NCBI GenBank assembly: GCA_033762295.1
Contig: JANRLW010000064.1
Span: forward strand, 64,001-128,000
Origin: Capsulimonadales bacterium
GTDB lineage: Bacteria; Armatimonadota; Armatimonadia; Armatimonadales; Armatimonadaceae
Direction of reading: 5' to 3'
DNA: 64,000 nt
The position numbers and the translations under genes are program-made. Of the stretch, positions 27,613-37,974 are shown one piece after another (within the stretch, counting starts at the first letter, position 1; each line of letters opens with the position of its first letter). The notes beneath the pieces were generated by a model. The model ran no database searches and had not been told where the DNA came from. It saw only the letters and a list, made by a program, of their open reading frames with translations.

Positions 27613-30261
27613 TTACCGGTTTTTAGCCGAACCGGTGAAGAATGTCTGCCAGTCCATGCCTGCGCCGAGAGCGCAGCCGAACGATCCCTGTCCCGGCTGT
27701 ACGGGGGTGACGCCGCCGGTAAAGGTGCCGTCCTCGAGGAAGAACGGCAGGAAGGACGCGAGGCTGGCCACGGCGGTCGGGCCGAACTTCGGATCGAGGA
27801 TGCTGTCGATCTGCTTCTGGCAATCGCGCAGGTGTTCGGCGGTCAGCGGGTCGGTCGTTTTGGGAAGAACCAGAAGGATCTGTTTCTTCAGACCGCGCAA
27901 CGCGGCGGAGGCCAGCGGGCGGAACTCGGATTGAGACGCGCCATCCCCGACCAGACGGGGGCGCATCGTCTGCAGATACGCTCGCTGGAGGTTCCGCCGA
28001 TAGGCATCCACCCGGGGATTGGTCAGGTTCAATTCCGTCCACACGCCGCTCTGCACATCGGACACCAGTCGTTTGGCAGTGTAGGTCGGGGTCCTGGAAA
28101 GCGCTTCCGCGTCGACCAGACGCTTCACCCGCGACTCATTGAGCAGCGAGTTCAGGATCTGGCGCTGGCTCGCGAGGACCCGGTCCATCACCCCGTTCGG
28201 AGCGATCCGGTTGAGGATGCCGGGAACCAGGAGGCTTTTCGGGGTCGCGAACGCATTGTCGATCAGGAACTTGACCGCCTGCGCCTGCTTCGCCGCGGGA
28301 ACCGGCACGAAAACCTCGCCGCCACGGCCCGCGTGGTAGTCGGTCTCCACGACGCCGCCCACCAGTTTGACCACATGGTTTAGTTCCGTCTGCCGCTGGC
28401 CCAGAAGCTCGTTGTACATCTCATCGAGCATCTGGTAGTCCTCGCCGAACTTGCTGGTCGCGGAGAGCAGGAGGTTGACATTCCGATCGATATTCTTCAG
28501 GCCGAGGGTCGTCGCCTCGATCGGATCGGAACCCAGGTCCTCGGTCTGGACCGTCGGGTCGATGATGACCGCGTTAAACGTCTCCCCGTTGAAGCGCAGG
28601 GTCGGATCGGCCACCTGTCGGGCGGCGATGGCATCGAGTTCCGGCTTCTCGGCGTCGGGGGTGTCGCGGCCGGGAAGGGGCTTGTAGCCCCATTCGATCG
28701 CGAACTTGTCGTAAGCGCCGATCATCGGGATCAGGCGGGCATTGTCTCCCGGCTGCGCCACATAGTTGAACCGTCCGTAGTCCATGATCGACGCCTCGTT
28801 GCCATTGGCCTCGGTAAAGGCTTTATCCCGAAGCTGGGCGACCGTAAAGGAGGAACTCGCCTTATGGTTGTGCCGGAGACCGAGGGTGTGGCCGACCTCG
28901 TGCGCTGTGACGTACCGGATCAGTTCGCCCATCAACTCCTCGGGGAGCGGCAGTTTCTGCGCCTTCGGATCGAGGGCGGCGCACTGGACGAAGTACCACG
29001 CTTCGTTGAGTTTCAGGATGTCGTGCCAGAAGATGATATGCGCCGAAACGATCTCGCCGCTACGTGGGTCGTGCACATGCGGCCCCATCGCGTTTTGAAT
29101 CGGGTTGGCCGCCCATCGGATCACGGAGTAACGGGCGTCCTCCGGGTCCCAGTTCGGGTCCTCCTGCTCGGTCGGAGCGTCCTTGCAAAGGATGGCGTTC
29201 TTGAACCCGGCCTGTTCGAACGCGACCTGCCAGTCCTCGACGCCTTTCTTCATGAAGGAGCGCCACTTTTCGGGAATTTCCCGGCTGAGGTAGTAGACGA
29301 TCGGTTTGACCGGCTCGGAGACCGTCGCCGTTGGGTCTTTCTTTTCCAGACGATAACGGGTGATGTACTCGCGGGGCTTGACCCGGTTCTCCGAGGAGCC
29401 GTAATCCTCGAAGCCTTCGGTGAAGTAGCCGACGCGCGAATCGAAGTATCGCCCGACCATCGGCTTCTCCGGAAGCAGGGTCATGCTGTGATGGACCAGA
29501 ACCGTGATGCTGGGGGCGGGACCGGTCGGCGGCGCACCGGCGGAGCGGGCGGGGATGCCGGAGAGGGTGAGAAGGGAACGGGCCTCGATGTTGGTCGGGA
29601 ACGCCTTGATCTTGTCGATGTAGCTGCGCGAGGTATCGGCGCCGCCCGCCCGGAGTTCGGGACCGACCGTCACCGGAGCCGAGTCGGAGTTGAACCACTT
29701 CGTCACATCGATGACCGCCGCCTTGTCCTTACCCTCCGCCTCTACCGAGAAGGCCGCCAGGATCGGCTGAACGGACGCCGCATCCACCGCCTTCTGAATG
29801 GCGGTCTTGCCGTCGCCGCGCAGGGCATAACTGACATCCCGAACGTACACGGTATTGTTGCGACGGGTCCAGCGCAGAATCCGGGAGTTGACCGGCGTGC
29901 CACCGAAACCGTAGCCGGTAGTTGTCTGGGCGATCTCCGTCGACCAGAGCATATCTTTGCCCATCGTCTCCGGCGGAATCTCAAAATAGACTTTCTCGTC
30001 GATGCGGTGTACGGTAAAAAGGCCGGCGTCGGATTTTGCCTCGGCGGTAATGACATCCTTATACGGCTTGGGCGTACCGGGCTTGACGGGGGGCTTCTTT
30101 TCTCCGTCGGCCGGCTTCTTATCGGCGCTTTCTCCGGGTTTCGGCGTCGGGGCGGGCGGCTGAGGCGACGGGGCCGGCGCCTGGGCGAAGGCGGTGACCG
30201 GGACCAGGACCGCGGTCAACAAAACGAGGGTGGGGATACTCTTCTTCGGCGGAAACTTCAT
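27613..30261 (-). CDS. exported zinc-dependent metalloprotease (DUF5117/DUF5118/DUF4953, EcxA-like metzincin)
   Basis: Signal peptide; DSRVGYF, DPEDARYSVIRW, DPRSGEI, HEVGHTLGLRHN, SIMDY. Confidence 0.92.
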   Translation of the reverse strand: MKFPPKKSIPTLVLLTAVLVPVTAFAQAPAPSPQPPAPTPKPGESADKKPADGEKKPPVKPGTPKPYKDVITAEAKSDAGLFTVHRIDEKVYFEIPPETMGKDMLWSTEIAQTTTGYGFGGTPVNSRILRWTRRNNTVYVRDVSYALRGDGKTAIQKAVDAASVQPILAAFSVEAEGKDKAAVIDVTKWFNSDSAPVTVGPELRAGGADTSRSYIDKIKAFPTNIEARSLLTLSGIPARSAGAPPTGPAPSITVLVHHSMTLLPEKPMVGRYFDSRVGYFTEGFEDYGSSENRVKPREYITRYRLEKKDPTATVSEPVKPIVYYLSREIPEKWRSFMKKGVEDWQVAFEQAGFKNAILCKDAPTEQEDPNWDPEDARYSVIRWAANPIQNAMGPHVHDPRSGEIVSAHIIFWHDILKLNEAWYFVQCAALDPKAQKLPLPEELMGELIRYVTAHEVGHTLGLRHNHKASSSFTVAQLRDKAFTEANGNEASIMDYGRFNYVAQPGDNARLIPMIGAYDKFAIEWGYKPLPGRDTPDAEKPELDAIAARQVADPTLRFNGETFNAVIIDPTVQTEDLGSDPIEATTLGLKNIDRNVNLLLSATSKFGEDYQMLDEMYNELLGQRQTELNHVVKLVGGVVETDYHAGRGGEVFVPVPAAKQAQAVKFLIDNAFATPKSLLVPGILNRIAPNGVMDRVLASQRQILNSLLNESRVKRLVDAEALSRTPTYTAKRLVSDVQSGVWTELNLTNPRVDAYRRNLQRAYLQTMRPRLVGDGASQSEFRPLASAALRGLKKQILLVLPKTTDPLTAEHLRDCQKQIDSILDPKFGPTAVASLASFLPFFLEDGTFTGGVTPVQPGQGSFGCALGAGMDWQTFFTGSAKNR

Positions 30262-30337
30262 GAAATACTCCGAACAATGGCTGAAGGATTAGATACGTTT
30301 CCCTGACGTCAGGAAAATTCCTTCCCGACCGCGCACG

Positions 30338-31291
30338 TCACCGCCACGGGAAAAAGCAGACCTTGATCGCCTCCTGTCGTTCCAGGAGATCGATCGCCTC
30401 CGCGTATCCTTCGAGGGGGAAACGGTGTGTGACGAGTGGCAGAAGATCGAGTTGCGCGTTGACAATCAGTGAGACGGCGTATTCGGCGGCGGCGCGGCTA
30501 TGCCCCGGATAGCCGCAGAGACGAAGGCGGTAGTGACGCGGCGCGAACGTGTACGGTTCGCGTTGCACCCCGAACAGGGCGACCGTATCTACCGTACGGT
30601 CCATAAGCCATTCTACCGAAGCCCGGGCGCCGACGCAATCGATGCCAGTGTCAAACCGGAGCGGGAGCGTCTCCTCCCGTGAATCGAAGGCGGCATCCAG
30701 CCCGATCGCCAGTCCCTGACGCCGTCTCGCCTCCACGAAATCAAAGCCGATTACCTCGGCCGCCCCTTCCGCGCGGGCCATCTGCGCGGCGATCAACCCG
30801 GCCGGACCCAGGCCGACGACCGCGAACCGCCGCCCGGCGATGGCGTTCATCTCCCGAAGCATCAGGAACGAGGCGCCGACGCACATCGCGAGTTCGACCG
30901 GCGCCGTCGCCTCGGGCGGAAGATGGGACGGGACCCGGATCAGGTTCTCCACCCGGTGAACGACATACTGAGCGTAACAGCCCGGCCGGTGATGCCCGGT
31001 ATCACGCCACGCACTGACCCGGTCTCCGACCGCCAGTGCGGTGACGCCCTGCCCGACGGCTTCGACCGTTCCGGTCGCCTCGTGACCCGGCTGACCGGGC
31101 GTATAAGGATACGTGAACCGGTGACCCGGATACATCGGTTCGTTGTGGCGCAGGTGGAGATCCCATTGCGGACAGGTCGTGACCGCGTCGATCCGGAGCA
31201 GCGCTTCGCCGGGGCCGGGCGTCGGTGTGGGGACGTCGAGAATCGCAAACGTTCGCCCCTCGCCCACCTGAAGGATTTTCACGTCAGACAC
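30338..31291 (-). CDS. zinc-binding MDR dehydrogenase
   Basis: TTCPQWD, PGHEATG, VGLGPAGL, THRFPL. Confidence 0.85.
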   Translation of the reverse strand: MSDVKILQVGEGRTFAILDVPTPTPGPGEALLRIDAVTTCPQWDLHLRHNEPMYPGHRFTYPYTPGQPGHEATGTVEAVGQGVTALAVGDRVSAWRDTGHHRPGCYAQYVVHRVENLIRVPSHLPPEATAPVELAMCVGASFLMLREMNAIAGRRFAVVGLGPAGLIAAQMARAEGAAEVIGFDFVEARRRQGLAIGLDAAFDSREETLPLRFDTGIDCVGARASVEWLMDRTVDTVALFGVQREPYTFAPRHYRLRLCGYPGHSRAAAEYAVSLIVNAQLDLLPLVTHRFPLEGYAEAIDLLERQEAIKVCFFPWR

Positions 31292-32288
31292 CCTCCCATT
31301 CCAGAATCACGCCGAGAACGGATTCGCGTCGTTGCAAAATCAGATCGAACGCCTCGGCGGCCCGTGTCGCCGGGAAGCGGTGCGTGATCAGGTGACCGGT
31401 CGTCAGACGGCCTTCGGTCAGCCAGGCGAGGGTCGTTTCCAGGCGGGACCGGTTCCACCCGGCCGGGGCATACAGAGTCAGTTCTTTGGCCCGGAGTTTC
31501 TGGATGTCGATCCGGCCGTTCGGGCCATGAAAGCCCGCCGAGACCACCTGCCCGAAGTGACGCATCTGCGGAAGAAGCGCCTCCACCGACGCGATGGAAC
31601 CCACGGTGTCCGCGAGAACCTGAATCCCCTGCGGAGCCCACTCGCGAACCAGCGGATCGAGTTCCTCGACGTTCGCTCGAACCGCCCGGTCGCCATCCCG
31701 GCAAACGAACCGTTGCAAACGGTCCTCGTGTCGTCCGACCAGAAGGACGCGCGCCCCGCGCTGCTGCAGCGTCTGCGCCGACCAGTGACCGACCAGTCCG
31801 TCTCCGAGGACGACGGCCGCATCCCCCGGCGATAGCTGCGGACAGGCGCCGATGTTGTAACCGACCTGCGTCAGCACCAGCCCGCTGGCAAGCACGGGGT
31901 CCGCTCCGGACGGGAGACGATACACCTGGGAGCGGGCCGTGACGGCGGGGGAGACATGCCCCCCGTTTGCGTAGAACATCCCCCCGACGTGCGAGACGGT
32001 GGCGAAGACGACATCCCCAACCGCAAGATCGGTGACGCCTTCGCCGATTCGCTCGACGATCCCGACCTTCTGGTAGCCGGGGACGTGGGGAAACGGCAAC
32101 GGATCGGTCTCCGTTCGGGGCGTGTCACCGGCGATCCGTTCCCCGCGCACGAACGATCCCTCGGTCCCGTTGCTGATCCAGGAGTAGGTCAACCGGATAA
32201 CCACATCCTCCGGACCGGGGTCCGGAACGTCCACTGTTTGAAAAGCCGTCTTCCATGGCTCCACCGCCACCAGCGCCTTCGCCTGCAT
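31284..32288 (-). CDS. MDR alcohol dehydrogenase-like protein (SxGTE/PGY subfamily)
   Basis: SWISNGTE, VPGYQKVG, LGDGLVG, LITHRFP. Confidence 0.82.
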   Translation of the reverse strand: MQAKALVAVEPWKTAFQTVDVPDPGPEDVVIRLTYSWISNGTEGSFVRGERIAGDTPRTETDPLPFPHVPGYQKVGIVERIGEGVTDLAVGDVVFATVSHVGGMFYANGGHVSPAVTARSQVYRLPSGADPVLASGLVLTQVGYNIGACPQLSPGDAAVVLGDGLVGHWSAQTLQQRGARVLLVGRHEDRLQRFVCRDGDRAVRANVEELDPLVREWAPQGIQVLADTVGSIASVEALLPQMRHFGQVVSAGFHGPNGRIDIQKLRAKELTLYAPAGWNRSRLETTLAWLTEGRLTTGHLITHRFPATRAAEAFDLILQRRESVLGVILEWEGV

Positions 32289-32320
32289 GTTTTTGATCCT
32301 GTCCGTCGCAGTAGGTTCGC

Positions 32321-32344
32321 GTTTGTGGAAACGTTATCACAAAC
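32321..32344. promoter_or_regulatory. LacI/cre-type palindromic operator upstream of the two dehydrogenases
   Basis: GTTTGTGGAAACGTTATCACAAAC; core TGATAACGTTTCCA on the minus strand fits TGNWANCGNTNWCA. Confidence 0.6.
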
Positions 32345-32390
32345 AAGGGAATTTCTCAACCGCTCCGTCGGTAAGGTTCGGAAAAATCCC

Positions 32391-34355
32391 CTAACGTCCC
32401 TTGATCGCGCCGAAGGTGAGTCCGCGAAGCAGGTGCTTGCGCATCAGGAACGTGAAGAGCGCCGCCGGGATGACGAAGACGACCGCGCGCACGGCGATTC
32501 TCTGCCACTCGATGACCCCCCCGCCGAGGACCGCCGTGATCGACGGCGGCGCGGTCAGCAGTTTGCCGGTAGACAGCAACTGTGCCAGCGCGTATTCGTT
32601 CCAGGCGTTCAGGAAACAGAAGACGGCGGTCGCCGCCATTCCCGGTACGATCAGCGGCAGCGTCGTCTTGCGAAACGCCTCCAGTCGGGTGTAACGGTCC
32701 AACAGGGCGGCCTCCTCGTACTCCGGCGGCACATCGTCGGTGAAACCCTTCATCAGCCAGACCGCGAACGCGCCGTTGACCGCCGCATAGAGCAGGATCA
32801 GGCCAAGGTGCGTGTTCAATAGACCCAGTTGACGGAACATCAGGAAGACGGGGACCGCGACGACGACCGGCGGAAGCATCCGGGTCGACAGAATAAAGAA
32901 CAGAGCGTCGTTCTTCGCCTTGATCCGGAACCGGGAGAAGGCATAGGCGGCGAGGGTGCCCATGCCGACCGCCAGCACGGTCGACGTAACGCCGATAATC
33001 AGGCTGTTGACCAGTTGACCGGGGAAGTCGCGGGCCGAGGAGGATTCGGGCCGAATCAGCTCGGCGTAGTTATCGAACGTCGGTGTGAACACGAACTGCG
33101 GCGGCATGACGTTTACCGCTTTGAACGGTTTCAGCGAGGTGGCGACGATCCAGTAGAGCGGGAGCATCGACAGGATCAGCGCAACGGTCAGGCCGGCGTA
33201 GGCGAGGTAGGTCTTTGCCCGGTCGGGCAGACGAAAGATCAGCGCGCCGAACACCCCCATGGCCGCCGCGATGCCAAGAGCGACCGGACCGCCGATCGAG
33301 TACAGAAAGGTCAGGAGCAGAAGCGAGCCGAGATAGGGCAACACCTTCGGCAACACCTGACCGATCGGCGACTCTCCGAACCCGGCAAAGAGCGGGGTTG
33401 CGTCCGGCGAGGTCTCGCCCTTGACCCGGTTCAGCAGAAGTAGGTAGAGGTTTGTCAGGCCGATAATCACCAGCAGCACGATATAGGCGAGAGCGCAGGC
33501 GCGCCCCGTATCCCAGTTTCGAAGCGCTTCGCGATAGACCTGGATCGAGACCGTCTCCGCCGAGTTCGCCGTTCCGCCCGCGGTCATGATCCACGCCAGG
33601 TCGAACATTTTGAAACTGTCGAGGGTCCGGAACAACAGGGCGACCATCAGGAGGGGGGCAATCATCGGCAGAGTGATATAGCGGAACCGAAACCAGGCGG
33701 ATGCCCGGTCGACCGCCGCCGCCTCGTACAGGGTGGCGGGAACCGACGATAGACCGGCCAGCGCGATCAGCATGATGAACGGCGACCACATCCACGTATC
33801 GGCAATTACCACCGACCAGAGCGCATGGTCCTTATCGAACCAGTTGATCGGGTTCGCCGGGTCGGACAGGCCGATCTTACTCAGCAGGAAATTCACCAGT
33901 CCGAACGTGGGATCGAGGAGAAACTTCCAGAACAGGCCGACCACCGCCGACGAGAGCATCATCGGGAGGAGAAAGAGGGTGGTGACGATGCTTTTCAGCC
34001 GGAAGGGACGATTGAGCATCAGCGCCAGACCGAAACCGATCAGAAGTTGCAGCCCGACCGCCAGGAGGACGAACAGCGCCGTGACCCGGAACGACTGCCA
34101 GACCTCCGGGCGGGAAAGCATCTCGGTGTAGTTGGCATTGCCCACCCAGACCGGCGCGATCTTCGGCGCGTCCGCCTTATACTTGCAGAACGACAGGTAG
34201 AGCGACCAGAAAAGCGGAAAGACGTTCATCCCGATCAGCAGAACGAGAATGGGCAGAACGAAGAGGTTGGCGACGGCGCGATCGGAAAAGCCGGCGCGTT
34301 TGGGCGCGGGCGTCGTCCGGGCGATCTCTACGGCGTTGGGCACGGTGACGGACAT
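32391..34355 (-). CDS. carbohydrate ABC transporter permease, two subunits fused
   Basis: Two EAA motifs (LYEAAAVDRAS, YEEAALLDRYT); MalF-like half then MalG-like half in one 654-aa frame. Confidence 0.88.
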   Translation of the reverse strand: MSVTVPNAVEIARTTPAPKRAGFSDRAVANLFVLPILVLLIGMNVFPLFWSLYLSFCKYKADAPKIAPVWVGNANYTEMLSRPEVWQSFRVTALFVLLAVGLQLLIGFGLALMLNRPFRLKSIVTTLFLLPMMLSSAVVGLFWKFLLDPTFGLVNFLLSKIGLSDPANPINWFDKDHALWSVVIADTWMWSPFIMLIALAGLSSVPATLYEAAAVDRASAWFRFRYITLPMIAPLLMVALLFRTLDSFKMFDLAWIMTAGGTANSAETVSIQVYREALRNWDTGRACALAYIVLLVIIGLTNLYLLLLNRVKGETSPDATPLFAGFGESPIGQVLPKVLPYLGSLLLLTFLYSIGGPVALGIAAAMGVFGALIFRLPDRAKTYLAYAGLTVALILSMLPLYWIVATSLKPFKAVNVMPPQFVFTPTFDNYAELIRPESSSARDFPGQLVNSLIIGVTSTVLAVGMGTLAAYAFSRFRIKAKNDALFFILSTRMLPPVVVAVPVFLMFRQLGLLNTHLGLILLYAAVNGAFAVWLMKGFTDDVPPEYEEAALLDRYTRLEAFRKTTLPLIVPGMAATAVFCFLNAWNEYALAQLLSTGKLLTAPPSITAVLGGGVIEWQRIAVRAVVFVIPAALFTFLMRKHLLRGLTFGAIKGR

Positions 34356-34489
34356 AAACACCGTATTCGGTGTTTCTCCCCCGGTCACCTTCCGAAACCG
34401 GCGGGCGGATTCGATCGCAGGGACGAAAGCGTTCCGATGGGTTCGGTCGCCGGAAAGACGACCGAACCCGTTCGTCGGCGCGTCGCCGA

Positions 34490-35344
34490 TTAGAGGTCGA
34501 CTTCGGGGAGGAAGTATTTGTTGACGATCGTGGTGACGTCGCCGGTGAACTCGTTGTAGCGGGACCACTTGGCATGGCCGTCGAGGTAGGCGATGTTCTG
34601 ACCCTCGGAGTGGCGCGCGTGCAGCGACGGAACAATGGCCGGACCGGTAGAGTTGGGAACGGACGGCCAGAACGCGCTGGCGTTGCTGGCGATGAACGCG
34701 CTGTGATTCGGGTAGTTCGCGAATGCCAATCGCGCCGGTTCCAGGTCCTTGTGCGCGGCATCGGACAGCATGATCTTGGAAGCGGGGCGCGCGACCGAAG
34801 CCAGGGAACGGCCGGACTGACCGCAGCTGCCACCGAAGAAGACACCCTGGTTCCAGCCGTAGCTCAGCGGTTTGCCACGGGACGCATCGCCGACGAAACA
34901 CATGAAGTCCGGATAGCCCCAGGCGCGCCAGGAGCAGACGTTACGGCTCGAACTCCAGAGCACCATCGAGTACTCCCGACTGGTCGGACAGAAGAAGATA
35001 TCGGTGTTCTTCACATAGGGAGCCGTCTTGGTCTCGATTCGCCAGTCCGGGTTCCACTTGCTGCACGGGTCCTTGACCCCCGGCCAGCCGAGGGAGCCGC
35101 CCGAGGACGCATCGATCGGATACAGTTCATCGTAGTCCTGAACATACATCAGGACGGCAAGCCCGATCTGCTTGACGTTGGAAAGGCAGGAAGCCTGGCG
35201 GGCTTTTTCCCGCGCCTGAGCGAAGACCGGGAAAAGAATCGCGGCAAGAATGGCGATGATAGCGATAACAACGAGCAGTTCGATCAGGGTAAAGGCGGCT
35301 CGGGTCCGGGAACCGGAGGGCTTTACGGAAGAAAACGTTCGCAT
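34490..35344 (-). CDS. prepilin-type N-methylation / DUF1559 protein with H-X9-DG motif
   Basis: [65 protein letters not shown]. Confidence 0.92.
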   Translation of the reverse strand: MRTFSSVKPSGSRTRAAFTLIELLVVIAIIAILAAILFPVFAQAREKARQASCLSNVKQIGLAVLMYVQDYDELYPIDASSGGSLGWPGVKDPCSKWNPDWRIETKTAPYVKNTDIFFCPTSREYSMVLWSSSRNVCSWRAWGYPDFMCFVGDASRGKPLSYGWNQGVFFGGSCGQSGRSLASVARPASKIMLSDAAHKDLEPARLAFANYPNHSAFIASNASAFWPSVPNSTGPAIVPSLHARHSEGQNIAYLDGHAKWSRYNEFTGDVTTIVNKYFLPEVDL

Positions 35345-35435
35345 CGGGATTCGCTCCTTCGTTTCGGAAACTGAGGGAATACGGTTTCGTTCCCGCGCGG
35401 CGAAAACGAAACCGTATATCATGCTCTGATATTTC

Positions 35436-35500
35436 AGTGTATCCTTTCGGCGGCGTGACGATGTTAAGGTCACGTTAAGAAACCGTCAGGAAACCGTATT
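35436..35500 (-). promoter_or_regulatory. promoter with 11-bp-phased direct repeats (PhoP/PhoB-box-like)
   Basis: Minus strand CCTGAC-N5-CTTAAC-N5-CTTAAC, then 21 nt, then TACACT. Confidence 0.5.
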
Positions 35501-35520
35501 TTTTTCAGGGCGATCGGTCG

Positions 35521-37974
35521 TCAGGGGGCGATCGCGCTACGGGTCGCGCCGGGATACGGAACGTCCTTACCCTTGATGCTGTGCCAGAGCACCCGGTTCA
35601 GCGTATCCTCCTCGGCAACGGTCAGCCGGTCATATTCGGTGAAGTCCAGCTTCATCGACTCCCGCGCGCCGACCGCCGTCCCCGGGTTCTTCGCCATCAG
35701 GTCGATCCGTGCCGGAAGTCCCGTGTACGGCGTCAGGTCCGCCTTATCGGTGAACGAGGCGAACATGGGCGTGGCCGCCGCGTCGTACTGAGTCATCGGA
35801 GGCAGTCCCAGGATCAGTTCCATGGTTCGCAGCATCGAGCAGGTTGTGTAGAGCGTGCTGTCGATCGTTTTGCGCCGGGTATAGGGAGAGATCACCAGGC
35901 CGATCGTTCGGTGGCTGTCGATATGGTCCGGGCCATTCTGGGCGTCATCCTCGATGACGAAGATCGCGAACTCCTTCCAGACGCTGCTCTTGCTGATCGT
36001 TTCGACGATCTTTCCGAGGGCGACATCGTTGGAGGCGACGCAGGCCTGAGGTGTGAACGTGCCGGGGCGGGTACCGCTCGTATGGTCCTCGCCAAGCGAC
36101 ATGACGGTGAATCGGGGGATCCGATTCTCCCGCTCCATCTCCTTGAACTCACGGATAAAAACATCGGCCTTTTCGAAGTCGCGTCCGGGGGGATTCTCGC
36201 CGGGCTGCACTTTGCCCGAATAGGGTTCACTGACATTTCCGGCGAGCGTCGGATGGTTCCGGTACTCGCCATAGGAGCGGAACGTCAGTCCCTTCGCCTT
36301 ACACGCTTCCCAGAAGTAGCCCGTGACCGGATCGTTGACCGAGGGTTCGTCGGCGGGTTTGCCTTTGCCGGAGTAACCGAGAACCCAGGAGCGCTGGGTG
36401 AATGCGGTCGCATAGGCCGACGTACTCCAGGGGTGACCGTCCTGGGAGACCTCGCCACTGCAGTAGAGGTTGTCCAGCAGTACGAACTCCTCGGCCAGCG
36501 CATGGTGGTTCGGCGTCACGTCCCGACCGAACATGACCAGAGACGGGTCGGCATTGCCCTGCGGCAGATCACCGAAGACCTGGTCGTAGGTACGGTTCTC
36601 CTTAATGATGTAGAGAACGTACTTGATCGGGGACGAATCACCGACCCGATTGGGGATGGCAGTCTTGACGCGGGAGTCCGCCTGCTGTCGCAGCTTATCG
36701 TTATTGTAGGGCGTATTGGCCCGAACGATGCGCGTGTAGTCGGCGAGGGCGCGGTCGTCGGGCGTATCGACGAAGGAAAGGATACCGCGAAGAAGGTTGC
36801 CATGGTGAACGCGGCGCGGCGGGCCGTTCGGTTCGACCCGGGTGACGTTCGTTCCGGTGCCCTGTCCCTTGCCCGTTCCGATAATCACCTTTTTACCGTC
36901 GGGCGTGACGCGCACCGTGGTAGGATACCATCCGGTCGGAATGAAGCCGCGAACCCGGCTACGCCCCCGCTGACTGACATCGGCGACACAGACATTGTTA
37001 TTGTCGGCGTTGGCGACGTACAGCGTTTTGCCGTCCGGGCTGAGGGTGACCGCGTCGGGGGTGGTTCCGCCGGGAGCGTTGGGGGTGAGCGTCGTCCGAA
37101 TGGTCTCCGTCGTCTGACCGGTCTTCAGATCGACGACCGACACCTGATCGGCGCTGCTGCAGGCGACAAACAGGCGGTCATCCTTCGAGAGAGTCAGATC
37201 CGCCGGGTGCTTGCCGACCGTGAACCGGCGTGTCAACTTCGGCTGCTCCGGGCTGGAGACATCGACGGCGACCGCTTCCGAACCGCCCCAGTTGGCGACA
37301 TACAGGGTTTTTCCGTCCGCCGAGAGTTGGCAGGCGCCCGGATGATCGCCGACCGGAACCCGGGCCAGGGGAGTTCCGTCACCGGTCAGAACATACAGAT
37401 GATCGTCGGAGATGTTGGCGGCGAAGAGGGTTTTTCCGTCCGCCGAGATGGCAAGGCCGCCGATACACGAACGTTCCGGGGTATTTCCGGTGAGTTTCAG
37501 ACCCGTTCCGGCCTGCCACGCGCCGTCACCGCCCCGGACGAAAACATGGATGTCGGCGGTTCGATTCTGGGCGCCGCCCGAGACGAAGAGGCGGGAGCCG
37601 TCCGGAGACCAGCAGATACCGTTCCATGACGTGTTCATCGGAAGGGCGGCGACCTCCTTTTCGGAGGCGACATCGATCAGGTGCAGCTCATGGCGGGTAT
37701 AGCCGGAATTGGCGACCGCGAAGAGCTTTCCATCCGGACTGAACGCGCCGGCATAGGGCATATCGCCGACGGAGAGGGGGCGGCCCGCCGGCTGAACGCG
37801 CCATCCGCTGAAGAGAAGACGTCCCGCCCCATCCTCGCCGGGCACGACGATCGGTTTTTTGGAGAAGGGATGCAGCATGCGAGAATTTCGCACATTAGGC
37901 AGAGAGGCGACCGCCGTCAGAGTTCCTGCGGCGGCCAGACCGGCAACGAGAGCAATAGTAGAGGAGCGACGCAT
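35521..37974 (-). CDS. bifunctional YncE/YVTN beta-propeller + phosphoesterase (alkaline phosphatase superfamily)
   Basis: Signal peptide; repeated SPDGK.LYVAN, IPTGWYP, YIIKENRTYDQ, EDDAQNGPDHIDSHR. Confidence 0.9.
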   Translation of the reverse strand: MRRSSTIALVAGLAAAGTLTAVASLPNVRNSRMLHPFSKKPIVVPGEDGAGRLLFSGWRVQPAGRPLSVGDMPYAGAFSPDGKLFAVANSGYTRHELHLIDVASEKEVAALPMNTSWNGICWSPDGSRLFVSGGAQNRTADIHVFVRGGDGAWQAGTGLKLTGNTPERSCIGGLAISADGKTLFAANISDDHLYVLTGDGTPLARVPVGDHPGACQLSADGKTLYVANWGGSEAVAVDVSSPEQPKLTRRFTVGKHPADLTLSKDDRLFVACSSADQVSVVDLKTGQTTETIRTTLTPNAPGGTTPDAVTLSPDGKTLYVANADNNNVCVADVSQRGRSRVRGFIPTGWYPTTVRVTPDGKKVIIGTGKGQGTGTNVTRVEPNGPPRRVHHGNLLRGILSFVDTPDDRALADYTRIVRANTPYNNDKLRQQADSRVKTAIPNRVGDSSPIKYVLYIIKENRTYDQVFGDLPQGNADPSLVMFGRDVTPNHHALAEEFVLLDNLYCSGEVSQDGHPWSTSAYATAFTQRSWVLGYSGKGKPADEPSVNDPVTGYFWEACKAKGLTFRSYGEYRNHPTLAGNVSEPYSGKVQPGENPPGRDFEKADVFIREFKEMERENRIPRFTVMSLGEDHTSGTRPGTFTPQACVASNDVALGKIVETISKSSVWKEFAIFVIEDDAQNGPDHIDSHRTIGLVISPYTRRKTIDSTLYTTCSMLRTMELILGLPPMTQYDAAATPMFASFTDKADLTPYTGLPARIDLMAKNPGTAVGARESMKLDFTEYDRLTVAEEDTLNRVLWHSIKGKDVPYPGATRSAIAP

